The notes: generated from the letters alone by a model not told the origin. Counted from the first letter of the stretch, positions 27,819 through 35,730 are shown. The stretch: DNA of 46,503 bases from a virus (IMGVR_UViG_3300030376_000410:1-46503), one strand, 5' to 3'. Program-made: numbers and translations.

Positions 27819-28658
27819 TTATCGAAGACTAGGCATTTTATTTGCACCCACCATAAGCTTTTTGATTTCCTCATCGGTTTGACTGAGGGGTGAATCTTGC
27901 TCTTCAGGGTCTTCTTGCATATAACCGCCAATAGCCTTCATTTGATAACCGCCATCATAAGCACGTTCAGCATCATCCATCATTGTTTGAAGCTGATCCG
28001 CACCAATCTGATCGGTTGCTTTTCTGGTAAATACAAACTCTCCATCACTCAAACGAGCGGGGATAGAATCTGATACACCAGTTCCGGGGCCGTCTACTTC
28101 GCCAGCACCCGAAAACTCACTAGCAACTGTAATTACTTTATCTAAGATATCTGATAGTCTTGGATCATTTTGTAATACACCTGCTAGGTAATCTTGTTCT
28201 TCATCGTCAAGGGATTCATCCATGACGTAACTAATATAATCATCTTCCATCTCATCATCTGGAAGCTGTGAAGCCAGTGCTTCATCCATTTCATCTTCTG
28301 GTATGTTTGGATAGGTATCTACCGGCATACCTTCAGGGGGCATCATCATAGAGCCGCCTTCGTTAAATACTCCACGTCCTTTCAAGACATCTGCCTGAGT
28401 AATCTCTCCATCGCCTGTAAGATCTGGCAAGCCACCTTTTGCTTTTCCTGATCTTGTTGCACGTTCTTCAGCACTGCGTTCCTCTTCTATTTTTTTGTGA
28501 ACAGCAATTTTAGTCATATCACTGACGTTTCCAGTATCCCTTTGAAAGTTAGACTCAATATTTTTTCTTTCAGCAGGGGTCTTAGCCTTAGCATAAGACT
28601 TTTGAAAATCTTCCAACATAGATCTATATCCTGCTTCCATATCAAAACTTCTAGTCAT
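27819..28658 (-). CDS. Head-module protein with GPGTGxSDSIPARLSDGEFV domain and EF-hand/dockerin-like loop
   Basis: 279 aa; DLTGDGEITQADVL loop; GEVDGPGTGVSDSIPARLSDGEFVFT domain also seen in tape-measure proteins; multiple xxGG motifs. Confidence 0.75.
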   Translation of the reverse strand: MTRSFDMEAGYRSMLEDFQKSYAKAKTPAERKNIESNFQRDTGNVSDMTKIAVHKKIEEERSAEERATRSGKAKGGLPDLTGDGEITQADVLKGRGVFNEGGSMMMPPEGMPVDTYPNIPEDEMDEALASQLPDDEMEDDYISYVMDESLDDEEQDYLAGVLQNDPRLSDILDKVITVASEFSGAGEVDGPGTGVSDSIPARLSDGEFVFTRKATDQIGADQLQTMMDDAERAYDGGYQMKAIGGYMQEDPEEQDSPLSQTDEEIKKLMVGANKMPSLR

Positions 28659-28884
28659 AATCTTTCCTATTAAGTGCTTCGTCTACTTGTTCAGGAAGTG
28701 TCTCTAGCCTAGCCAGAGAACTCAGCTTCCCCTGACTGCGGAACAGATCCAGTTCCGATGTTGCCGCCACCAGTACCTGTAACTCCAAGGTCTTGAGGTT
28801 GTTCAGGTACTCCTTCAGGGCCTCCCATTGGCGCTTGTCCTTGACTATCGGGGCCAGCTTCCGGGCTAGGGCTTTGTCCAACAT
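28651..28884 (-). CDS. Small conserved protein overlapping the portal 3' end
   Basis: 77 aa with WEALKEYL...LFRSQGK...L.RL..L pattern usual after podoviral portals; bridges the portal to the next gene. Confidence 0.7.
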   Translation of the reverse strand: MLDKALARKLAPIVKDKRQWEALKEYLNNLKTLELQVLVAATSELDLFRSQGKLSSLARLETLPEQVDEALNRKDYD

Positions 28885-30883
28885 TATTTTGCATTCCTAT
28901 AATCTGAGCCATCATTGCAGCTTCTTCAGGGTCATTCATCAGTTCATCTGGATCTAGATCTAAGCTATATGCCAGTTCACTAATAAGCTTGTTCATCTTA
29001 ATAAACGGAGCTACAGCAGGATTAGCTGCGGTCTGCAGGAACATTGTAAGCCTTTGAGAGCGTACTTCCTTCTGCATCAAACTGTTTGTTCCTGTAGCCT
29101 TAACTTCTAAATCACCCTCAATACCAAGCTTATAGTCTGAAAACTGCATGTTCCATTGGAAGTATGCTTCACCCATAGGCTTTAACAGGAAGTCATCAAG
29201 ATTTTTAATAACAGTCTTAATGTTCAATGAGGCTGCACCAAGCAGCATAGACATACCTGATGCGGTACGTGTCATGCTTTGTACGCCTGTTTGACCATGA
29301 CTATAAGAAGGAATACCTGTCTGTTCGTCTGCAAGCTGTCGAAACTTGTCAAACATCTGCATGTTTTCTACAGTAGTGTTAGGAAACTTCAAGCCGTTAA
29401 TAGCTTGTCCGGGTACACCAGCTTGTCGCCTAAATACTTTACCGGGATAAATCTCCATGCTCTGACCACCTACAAGGGCAGTCTCATCTACATCAAAGAT
29501 TACAGAGCCTGATAGAGCCAAATTATCAATAGCCATACGTGCATGACCATTCATAATTTTTTGAGAGTCATCCATGTTCTCTGCTACGCCAATACCAAAG
29601 AAGCTGTAGGGGTTCTTTTCATAGCTAAACGCATGATAAGGAATACGGAAAGGTGTAAAAGGATTAACTACGCTGCGAAGCATTTGACCGTTGCAGACCC
29701 AAGCATTAATTTGTACTTCATCTAGGTCATCTACTTCATCAGGGATTTCCATACCTACCTGTCGGCAGTACTCTGCATCCATAACACCCCAGTACTCTAG
29801 TACTTCATACTGAGATGCACCGTATTCATCATTACGATTATCATCTTTTAATTCATGCTCGTAATCTTCTTCTACGTAATTAGGCCCCATCTGGAGACAT
29901 GTACGAATAGCTTCTTTGTCAAAGTAAGGCATCTTACCGAGACTACGAAGCTGAGTACGGTTCATTCTATGGCGGTGGAATACATACTCTGATTCGTCAA
30001 CATTTGTTGCGTTGGGGTCTGGGAAAAAGTCCCAGATGCTGACAAACTCCAAGCGAGGCACCCTAACATCAACAGGAGAGTAAGTTCGATCACCATCCTC
30101 TCCTTCATCCCATCGGTGGAGGGTCTTGTTAAAATTGAACGGCCCTTTAACAATTCCGGTGCCGAATAAAGCTGATTCAAATAATGCGTTCCTAATTTCA
30201 CTAGCGCCGTTAGACTCCTCTATCTGATCGTGTATAAGTTTTTCCATACGTCTTGCAGCTTTTTGTGCAGGACTTAATTCAAGTACTTGTGGGTCTGGTG
30301 AAGGCCCTTCTTTAAGCATTTCTTTTTCTTCAGCAAGTTTGTCAAGTTTAATGTCTTCAAACTTGCCTGTAGCAAAAGTAGCTCCCGGCTTTAGTACTTT
30401 ACCATCACCCGCGTACCCCACATCATAAGGATTATCTGTGATTTTTTGTTCTTCTTCAGGAGCTTGTCCTTGAGAAGTTTCAATTCCCGGTGCAGCAGAA
30501 GCATCTATATGAGAATACTGAGAAATACCTTCAGGCATCTTAGTTTCACTAATGCCAATAGGAAACTTATTAGCACCAAACACAACATCTACAAGTTGTC
30601 CAAAGGCTGCAAGTACTTTGGTCTTAGTTACTTTAACAAAGATACGAGACTTCTCAGACTCTCTAAAGCGTACATTCTTGCCGTATAAACCACGATAGTT
30701 GTGGTATGCTGTAAGCCAACGCTGTTCATCTAGGTCACGTGAAGACTTAGCAGAAACATAGCGATCAATAATTAGACCTACTAGATTATTGCGTAGATTT
30801 TCTTCTAAGGTTAGTTCAAGGCCATCTTCGCCTTCAACGTCTCCGAAGTAAATATTATTCGCTGTTAAACTATTTTCTGCCAT
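28709..30883 (-). CDS. Portal protein
   Basis: 724 aa directly after TerL; FVKVTKTKV, VSIWDFFPDP, VLEYWG, FFGIGVAE and TRTASGMSML motifs. Confidence 0.92.
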   Translation of the reverse strand: MAENSLTANNIYFGDVEGEDGLELTLEENLRNNLVGLIIDRYVSAKSSRDLDEQRWLTAYHNYRGLYGKNVRFRESEKSRIFVKVTKTKVLAAFGQLVDVVFGANKFPIGISETKMPEGISQYSHIDASAAPGIETSQGQAPEEEQKITDNPYDVGYAGDGKVLKPGATFATGKFEDIKLDKLAEEKEMLKEGPSPDPQVLELSPAQKAARRMEKLIHDQIEESNGASEIRNALFESALFGTGIVKGPFNFNKTLHRWDEGEDGDRTYSPVDVRVPRLEFVSIWDFFPDPNATNVDESEYVFHRHRMNRTQLRSLGKMPYFDKEAIRTCLQMGPNYVEEDYEHELKDDNRNDEYGASQYEVLEYWGVMDAEYCRQVGMEIPDEVDDLDEVQINAWVCNGQMLRSVVNPFTPFRIPYHAFSYEKNPYSFFGIGVAENMDDSQKIMNGHARMAIDNLALSGSVIFDVDETALVGGQSMEIYPGKVFRRQAGVPGQAINGLKFPNTTVENMQMFDKFRQLADEQTGIPSYSHGQTGVQSMTRTASGMSMLLGAASLNIKTVIKNLDDFLLKPMGEAYFQWNMQFSDYKLGIEGDLEVKATGTNSLMQKEVRSQRLTMFLQTAANPAVAPFIKMNKLISELAYSLDLDPDELMNDPEEAAMMAQIIGMQNNVGQSPSPEAGPDSQGQAPMGGPEGVPEQPQDLGVTGTGGGNIGTGSVPQSGEAEFSG

Positions 30884-32568
30884 TAGTATCCAAACTCCGA
30901 ATCAACGGGTGTATATGCCTGTTCCATTCTTAAATTCCTAAACTGACTAAAGATGTCATTAACTTTAGGTCTTGACATAATTAAGTAGCGTAGCGCATCA
31001 TAAGCGTGGTCAGGTGCATTTGTATTAACATCTTCTGGGTTAGACTTGTCCAGAGGAAGACTTTGGAGTTCACGTATCAAGTTGGGACAGCTATTAAATA
31101 TCTGTATCTTAGGTCTGCCACTTGGCTGCACTCTTAAGTATTCGTGGATTTGTATCTTACCCTGTATTCTATTTTTATCTGCTCTACGTAATTTATGCCC
31201 TGCTCGTTGAAGTGTCTCTCCAACTGTAGGGCCTGTAGTACCTGTTCTGTTCCATGCTGCTGTGTCAAGTACTCCCGACACAGAGTAGGGGTCTGGTAGC
31301 TCCATGTTCGTAATCATCTGAGCTAAATCAACACCTGTCAGTCCTTTCCGATAAAGTTCCCTATATATAATAAGTGTACCGTCAGAGGGATCAACAGTGC
31401 CCCAAACACAAGCAGATTCTGAAGCGTATCCGTAGTCAATTCCTTTCACCCTTTCCCAGCCTACTGGGATTTCAAATGGTGTTATAACATGCTCCATTAC
31501 ATCAAACTCTGTAAAGGCAGCACCTTCTGTAACATCCCAGTTACCTTCTAGAAGCTGCTTACGCTGTACCGCTGGTAGAGCTTTAAGCATTTGCTCATAC
31601 CTACCATCTAAAGAAAGGTATGGATTATCTTCTAGACGGGCTGGTATGAAACGTCGTGTCAATCCATCATGGCCTGTAAAGCTCTCATTAGGCTCTGATG
31701 GATTCACATAACGCTTCTTTACCCATGTTGCACCAGCACCACCGGGGTTAGCTGTACAACGCATGTACGGCGTAATTTCAGGGTCTGTAGTACGCAGCCG
31801 TGATGCTAGGTAGTTCCAAGAAAACTCTGTTGATAGGTGAGTAATCTCATCGAAACCAATCCAACTATAAGCTTGTCCCTGATAGCGGTACACATCTGCA
31901 TCTCTTTCAAGGAAGCCAAACTCTAGTTTAGCACCACTAGGGAATGTCCAGATCTTTTCAACTTCTCTGAACCTGCATCCCGGAAAAGCCTTTGGGTATA
32001 ACTCCCTAGACTTATCTATAAGCTCCCTCAGTTCAGGCATGGAGCGTCTTAGTATTAACGCCCTGTGAGCAGCCCTGTGTGCGAATCTGAGGGGATCTAC
32101 GAGCATAGCATAGGACTTACCGCCCCCTGCTGCGCCACCATACAATACGTCTGTCTCTGGAGCCGCTAGGAAGTCTGTCTGCGGCCCATCATTAGGTTTA
32201 AAGATAATATTTTCAAGAGCTTCTTCTTTTACCTTTTTAGGAAGTTGCTCAATAGTATCTTCTGTAAGAACTTTACCTTCAATAGCTTTCTCGCTATTGT
32301 CTAGTTTAGCAAGTGTAGCCTTAGAAGTTTTTAAAGCAGTCTTTTGATTTTTAATCTTAGCTTCTGCTTTTGCAATAAGTTTTTCTTTTACACGTACTGC
32401 TTTCTTAGCAGCCATTTTATTTTGAGTAGCTCTGCTATAATGATAGCCTCGAGATTTAGATCCTTTGGCTCTTCCAGACTTCTTTCTAGGTGTTCCGTCT
32501 ACTTTTAATACAAAGTTTCCATCATCATCTGTCTGATATCTGTCAGGATTTACATCCCAATCATTCAT
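30883..32568 (-). CDS. terL: Terminase large subunit
   Basis: Walker A YGGAAGGGKS, Walker B IGFDE, motif III TANPGG, nuclease GIDYG and DHAYDALRY. Confidence 0.96.
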   Translation of the reverse strand: MNDWDVNPDRYQTDDDGNFVLKVDGTPRKKSGRAKGSKSRGYHYSRATQNKMAAKKAVRVKEKLIAKAEAKIKNQKTALKTSKATLAKLDNSEKAIEGKVLTEDTIEQLPKKVKEEALENIIFKPNDGPQTDFLAAPETDVLYGGAAGGGKSYAMLVDPLRFAHRAAHRALILRRSMPELRELIDKSRELYPKAFPGCRFREVEKIWTFPSGAKLEFGFLERDADVYRYQGQAYSWIGFDEITHLSTEFSWNYLASRLRTTDPEITPYMRCTANPGGAGATWVKKRYVNPSEPNESFTGHDGLTRRFIPARLEDNPYLSLDGRYEQMLKALPAVQRKQLLEGNWDVTEGAAFTEFDVMEHVITPFEIPVGWERVKGIDYGYASESACVWGTVDPSDGTLIIYRELYRKGLTGVDLAQMITNMELPDPYSVSGVLDTAAWNRTGTTGPTVGETLQRAGHKLRRADKNRIQGKIQIHEYLRVQPSGRPKIQIFNSCPNLIRELQSLPLDKSNPEDVNTNAPDHAYDALRYLIMSRPKVNDIFSQFRNLRMEQAYTPVDSEFGY

Positions 32569-32785
32569 TATCTACAATCTTTTTTAGACCAGCATGGCTT
32601 AGTTTACGGCCTGTTTTGTATTCAACCCACATAGCCCCTTCGCGCAAACTTAAAGACCTATCTTTTATCAGAGGCTTTATTTCTTCTAATATATTTAGTT
32701 GTTCTGGAACCTCTTCTAGAAACTTAGTATCTTCAGAAAGCACATATCCAAATGGAATTGTAGAACTTGACCTACGTTTCAACAT
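32561..32785 (-). CDS. Small DNA-binding-like protein between terminase genes
   Basis: 74 aa; IPFGY motif and SLRE...TGRKLSHAGL resembling the serine-recombinase DNA-binding region without a catalytic domain. Confidence 0.7.
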   Translation of the reverse strand: MLKRRSSSTIPFGYVLSEDTKFLEEVPEQLNILEEIKPLIKDRSLSLREGAMWVEYKTGRKLSHAGLKKIVDNE

Positions 32786-33155
32786 TAATTACTACCTCTT
32801 CTTTAGCGGGTAGCACAAAAATCCCTCCTTCTACCTTATGACTGACATCTAGTTTGTCTGCTTTTCCTAGCCCTGTGCGATCTAAAATCGTTTGAGCTGC
32901 CTGTAGTCTTACATTGACTTGAGGCATAGGTATTTCAGACTCCATAACTTGCACAAGCTTCATGGCAGCTTTAGGTGCAGATTGAGCTAGAATATTAGAG
33001 GCTAGATCTATTATTTCATTTTTTAAGGCTTTAGTTACCTGCCAATGAGTGTTAGGAGCATAGCCTGCTAAATCTGCTGCTTGCTTTGGATCACCTCCTG
33101 TCTCGACTAAATAATCTAAGAAAGTCTGTTGTTTCGTTGTCAATTCTTTTTTCAT
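32772..33155 (-). CDS. terS: Terminase small subunit
   Basis: LTTKQQTFL...AADLAGY HTH and RLQAAQTILDRTG motif; first gene of the structural arm. Confidence 0.85.
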   Translation of the reverse strand: MKKELTTKQQTFLDYLVETGGDPKQAADLAGYAPNTHWQVTKALKNEIIDLASNILAQSAPKAAMKLVQVMESEIPMPQVNVRLQAAQTILDRTGLGKADKLDVSHKVEGGIFVLPAKEEVVINVET

Positions 33156-33161
33156 TGTTTT

Positions 33162-33190
33162 ATTATAGAGGTAGTTTACAGATTTGTCAA
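33162..33190 (-). promoter_or_regulatory. Consensus sigma70 promoter for the structural arm (leaderless terS)
   Basis: TTGACA-17 nt-TATAAT; -10 ends 6 nt before the terS ATG. Confidence 0.85.
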
Positions 33191-33198
33191 GTTTTTTC

Positions 33199-33227
33199 TT
33201 GACAAATCTCTAAATTAACTCTATAAT
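33199..33227 (+). promoter_or_regulatory. Consensus sigma70 promoter pointing into the non-coding region
   Basis: TTGACA (33199-33204)-17 nt-TATAAT (33222-33227). Confidence 0.8.
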
Positions 33228-33271
33228 ATTTATAGACCCACCGGGGCTATATCTATATATACCTCCCTTCT

Positions 33272-33377
33272 TTGAAGGTCTTTGAAGACCCGCCCAAACT
33301 GGTACACACTACTTTTGGCTTATAGGGGGTTGAAGAGATTTTGAAGACCTGCCTAAACTAGTTGACATCCCTTTTGG
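33272..33377. repeat. Imperfect ~47-bp direct repeat, 2 copies
   Basis: TTGAAG..TTTGAAGACC(C/T)GCC(C/T)AAACT(G/A)GT....CTTTTGG at 33272-33318 and 33330-33377. Confidence 0.75.
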
Positions 33378-33440
33378 TTCAAAATGTATATGATTTAGTA
33401 TATATAGGGGGTGGGGGGTATGGCCTCCTGCCCGGCCCCT

Positions 33441-33888
33441 CCAAGTTCTCTAAAGAACTTGGCAAACTCCATTATTCTTCCGCGCATACTTTAAAGTCTC
33501 TAGAGACTTTAAAGCAGATCCCTCCCAGACTCTAAAGTCTAAGAAGACTTTAGAGGCTGAACCCTCCAGAGAATTTTAAAGACTTCTAGTTTACAAAGTA
33601 AACTGAAGTCTTTTTAGTCTTTGAAGTTTAGAATAAACTTCAAAGTTCTTTATAGCTTTCAAGAACTTGAAAGCTATTTAACTCCAAAGCTGCCAAGTCC
33701 ATCTAGCTCCTCCTAAGAGGAGCTAACAGACTCCAAAGTTTAAAAGACCCAAGGGGTCTTTTACATTTCCACCTAGTCCTATTAAGCCTTCTTAGGCTTA
33801 ATAGGACTAGGTGGATAAGGTTTGACTATCTTTAAAATCTTCAGAAGAAGTCTTACGACTTCTGAAGATTTTAAAGATAGTCAAACCT
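33441..33888. repeat. Array of 10 consecutive, sequence-distinct inverted repeats
   Basis: Stems of 9-30 bp checked by eye at 33441-462, 33489-514, 33530-555, 33578-613, 33619-645, 33652-677, 33704-725, 33741-763, 33768-815 and 33818-888. Confidence 0.92.
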
Positions 33889-33936
33889 AGGAAGGGCTTC
33901 GGCTCGACGAAAAATTACACAATCGGGAAAACGATT

Positions 33937-34311
33937 ATGGCTAAGTATGATTTGACAAAACCTGCGACCGACAAAGCGATCTATGCCTGTGCTGCGACCT
34001 TGGCATATAAATTCATCGGTGAGAATGATCTCAAGAGATTTGAGTTTAATAAACTCAAAGCCCGCTTTGGGGCTTCGATCAAGTCGGTTCACGAAGGACA
34101 GCCTTTGGCTGGGGATATCAACAAATTGTTTTCGGTGAAAAAAATCAACGGTAAGACTTCCGCTGCGTCGAAGTATATCAAAGTTCTCCGAACTGATGAC
34201 TTGAAATCCAACAAAGAAGTTAAAATCACTGCAAATCCAAAGCAGTCAAAGAACTTTAAAACCTCTTCGGCTCCTCGTCTTGCGACTGCCGCTGACCTCG
34301 GAATGATCTAA
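33937..34311 (+). CDS. Early hypothetical basic protein
   Basis: 124 aa, first ORF of the plus arm, followed by a terminator. Confidence 0.75.
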   Translation: MAKYDLTKPATDKAIYACAATLAYKFIGENDLKRFEFNKLKARFGASIKSVHEGQPLAGDINKLFSVKKINGKTSAASKYIKVLRTDDLKSNKEVKITANPKQSKNFKTSSAPRLATAADLGMI

Positions 34312-34320
34312 TTTAACTTG

Positions 34321-34341
34321 GCCCCCTTCGGGGGGCTTTTT
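34321..34341 (+). terminator. Rho-independent terminator
   Basis: GCCCCC-TTCG-GGGGGC followed by TTTTT. Confidence 0.85.
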
Positions 34342-34350
34342 GGAGTTTTT

Positions 34351-34440
34351 ATGGATAAATATAATTTAGATATTTGGATACCAGTGGTTGCACTATTAGC
34401 AGCTCCGCTGACCCCATTCATTATTGTAATTTTTTCTTAG
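34351..34440 (+). CDS. 29-aa hydrophobic peptide (not in ORF track)
   Basis: GGAG RBS; MDKYNLDIWIPVVALLAAPLTPFIIVIFS; stop overlaps the next gene's AGGAG RBS. Confidence 0.6.
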   Translation: MDKYNLDIWIPVVALLAAPLTPFIIVIFS

Positions 34441-34448
34441 GAGTCAAT

Positions 34449-34718
34449 ATGACTAATTCTGTTGTTGTCGATGAGCGCCGTGATGTATCTTTTGAACTTA
34501 TGAAGTTGATGAAGTTTGAGCATGTAGTTGATATGTTAACTTCTGAACTTGGTGGTCTTCAAATGAATCCTGAACTTCATACTGCGGTGTTAGCGAGATT
34601 TGAAGATGTGGTGGCTGCCAAGTTTAATAAAACTGAAGTTTGGCAGATTGATAAATGGGATGTCGCGCAAATAATCGTGATGTTAGTTCAAAGAATTACC
34701 CCGGAGGATTCCGCTTAG
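34449..34718 (+). CDS. Early hypothetical protein
   Basis: Start revised to MTNSVVV after AGGAG; 89 aa. Confidence 0.7.
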   Translation: MTNSVVVDERRDVSFELMKLMKFEHVVDMLTSELGGLQMNPELHTAVLARFEDVVAAKFNKTEVWQIDKWDVAQIIVMLVQRITPEDSA

Positions 34719-34813
34719 TTATAAACTAAAATTATAACCATTAGTATGGTTATGGTACAGCTTCTTAAGATGGTAACCAACCCGGAGTTATGCGGCTGTA
34801 CTGATTAAATAAT

Positions 34814-34834
34814 GGGAGCTACGGCTCCCTTTTT
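34814..34834 (+). terminator. Rho-independent terminator overlapping the next hairpin
   Basis: GGGAGC-TACG-GCTCCC-TTTTT. Confidence 0.75.
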
Positions 34835-34878
34835 AATCTTTAGAGGAGGTCTTACGACCTCTAAAGATTAAAAAGGGA
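34826..34878. promoter_or_regulatory. Conserved-apex hairpin, copy 2
   Basis: Perfect 21-bp arms around AGGTCTTACGA. Confidence 0.8.
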
Positions 34879-34892
34879 ACAGGAGAAAACAT

Positions 34893-35702
34893 TTGGTGAA
34901 TAGAATAAACGCAATAACTTTGAAGACTATTAAACCTATTAAGGAGTATATATATAATTATAATTTACCCTTAATGGGGTTTAATAGTTCTACTAAGATC
35001 TTAAAAGGCTTTAAAAAGCAAGATTATACCACAGGTATATTGTATTTGCAACCCGCTGATCTTGTGGCGCGTAATACTTTATGTGCTTATGCCGATGTTG
35101 CTGGGTGTAAAGAACCCTGTCTTAGATCTTCGGGCCGACTTGGAATGTCTAATGCTCAGAGGGCTATGACCCGTAGAACTGTGCAATATCTTGAAGATCC
35201 CGATGGCTTCAAAGAAAGATTACGGGCCGAGATATTACGCAATGAGACTGACAATTATTGTATCAGACTGAATGGTACTAGTGATGTGGTGTGGACTGAT
35301 CTTATTGCATCGTTACCTAACATACAATTTTATGATTACACAAAAGTTCTACACCGCGTTACTCGTAATGTTTTGTCTAACTATCATCTTACATTTTCGG
35401 CATCATTAAATAGTGTCAAGACTATTGGACAACTTAAAACTGCTACAGATCTTGGACTCAACATTGCAATATCTTTTAATACTAAAGAGTGCAGGGGCGA
35501 GTTCAAGATACCTAATAATATACAGTTGTTTGGTAATACTGTAGAGTTAGCAGACTTTGATGCCACCGACTTGAGATTTTTAGATGAGGATGGCACCGTC
35601 GGTAAATTAACACGAAAAGGATCTACAAAACTAGAAAGACTCAAGGGGCAAGGCGATCTGAATTTCTTTGCAGACCCTAATAATTTACAGTTGGTCGCTT
35701 GA
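34893..35702 (+). CDS. Gp88-like protein (radical-SAM-like Cys cluster); start uncertain
   Basis: ILYLQPA...LCAYADVAGCKEPCL..SGR, IRLNGTSD, QFYDYTK, NYHLTFS and DLRFLD motifs. Confidence 0.75.
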   Translation: MVNRINAITLKTIKPIKEYIYNYNLPLMGFNSSTKILKGFKKQDYTTGILYLQPADLVARNTLCAYADVAGCKEPCLRSSGRLGMSNAQRAMTRRTVQYLEDPDGFKERLRAEILRNETDNYCIRLNGTSDVVWTDLIASLPNIQFYDYTKVLHRVTRNVLSNYHLTFSASLNSVKTIGQLKTATDLGLNIAISFNTKECRGEFKIPNNIQLFGNTVELADFDATDLRFLDEDGTVGKLTRKGSTKLERLKGQGDLNFFADPNNLQLVA

Positions 35703-35727
35703 CATCGCAGTTAAAATACTTTAAGAT
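35699..35727 (+). promoter_or_regulatory. Sigma70-like promoter
   Basis: TTGACA-17 nt-TAAGAT. Confidence 0.7.
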
Positions 35728-35730
35728 TCT

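Noticed and set aside
32561-32785. Serine integrase implying temperate lifestyle
   Set aside because: Only 74 aa with a PFGY motif; no catalytic domain, att site or repressor module.
33441-33888. CRISPR array or REP/MITE cluster
   Set aside because: Palindromes differ in sequence and length, with no repeat-spacer periodicity and no cas or transposase gene. The Cas4-like gene is an ordinary phage replication exonuclease 10 kb away.
34733-34801. tRNA or tRNA-like gene (ATAACCAT/ATGGTTAT hairpin; GTACAGC...GCTGTAC stem)
   Set aside because: No D-loop, T-loop (TTCRA) or CCA end, and too short for a cloverleaf. It may still be a small structured element.
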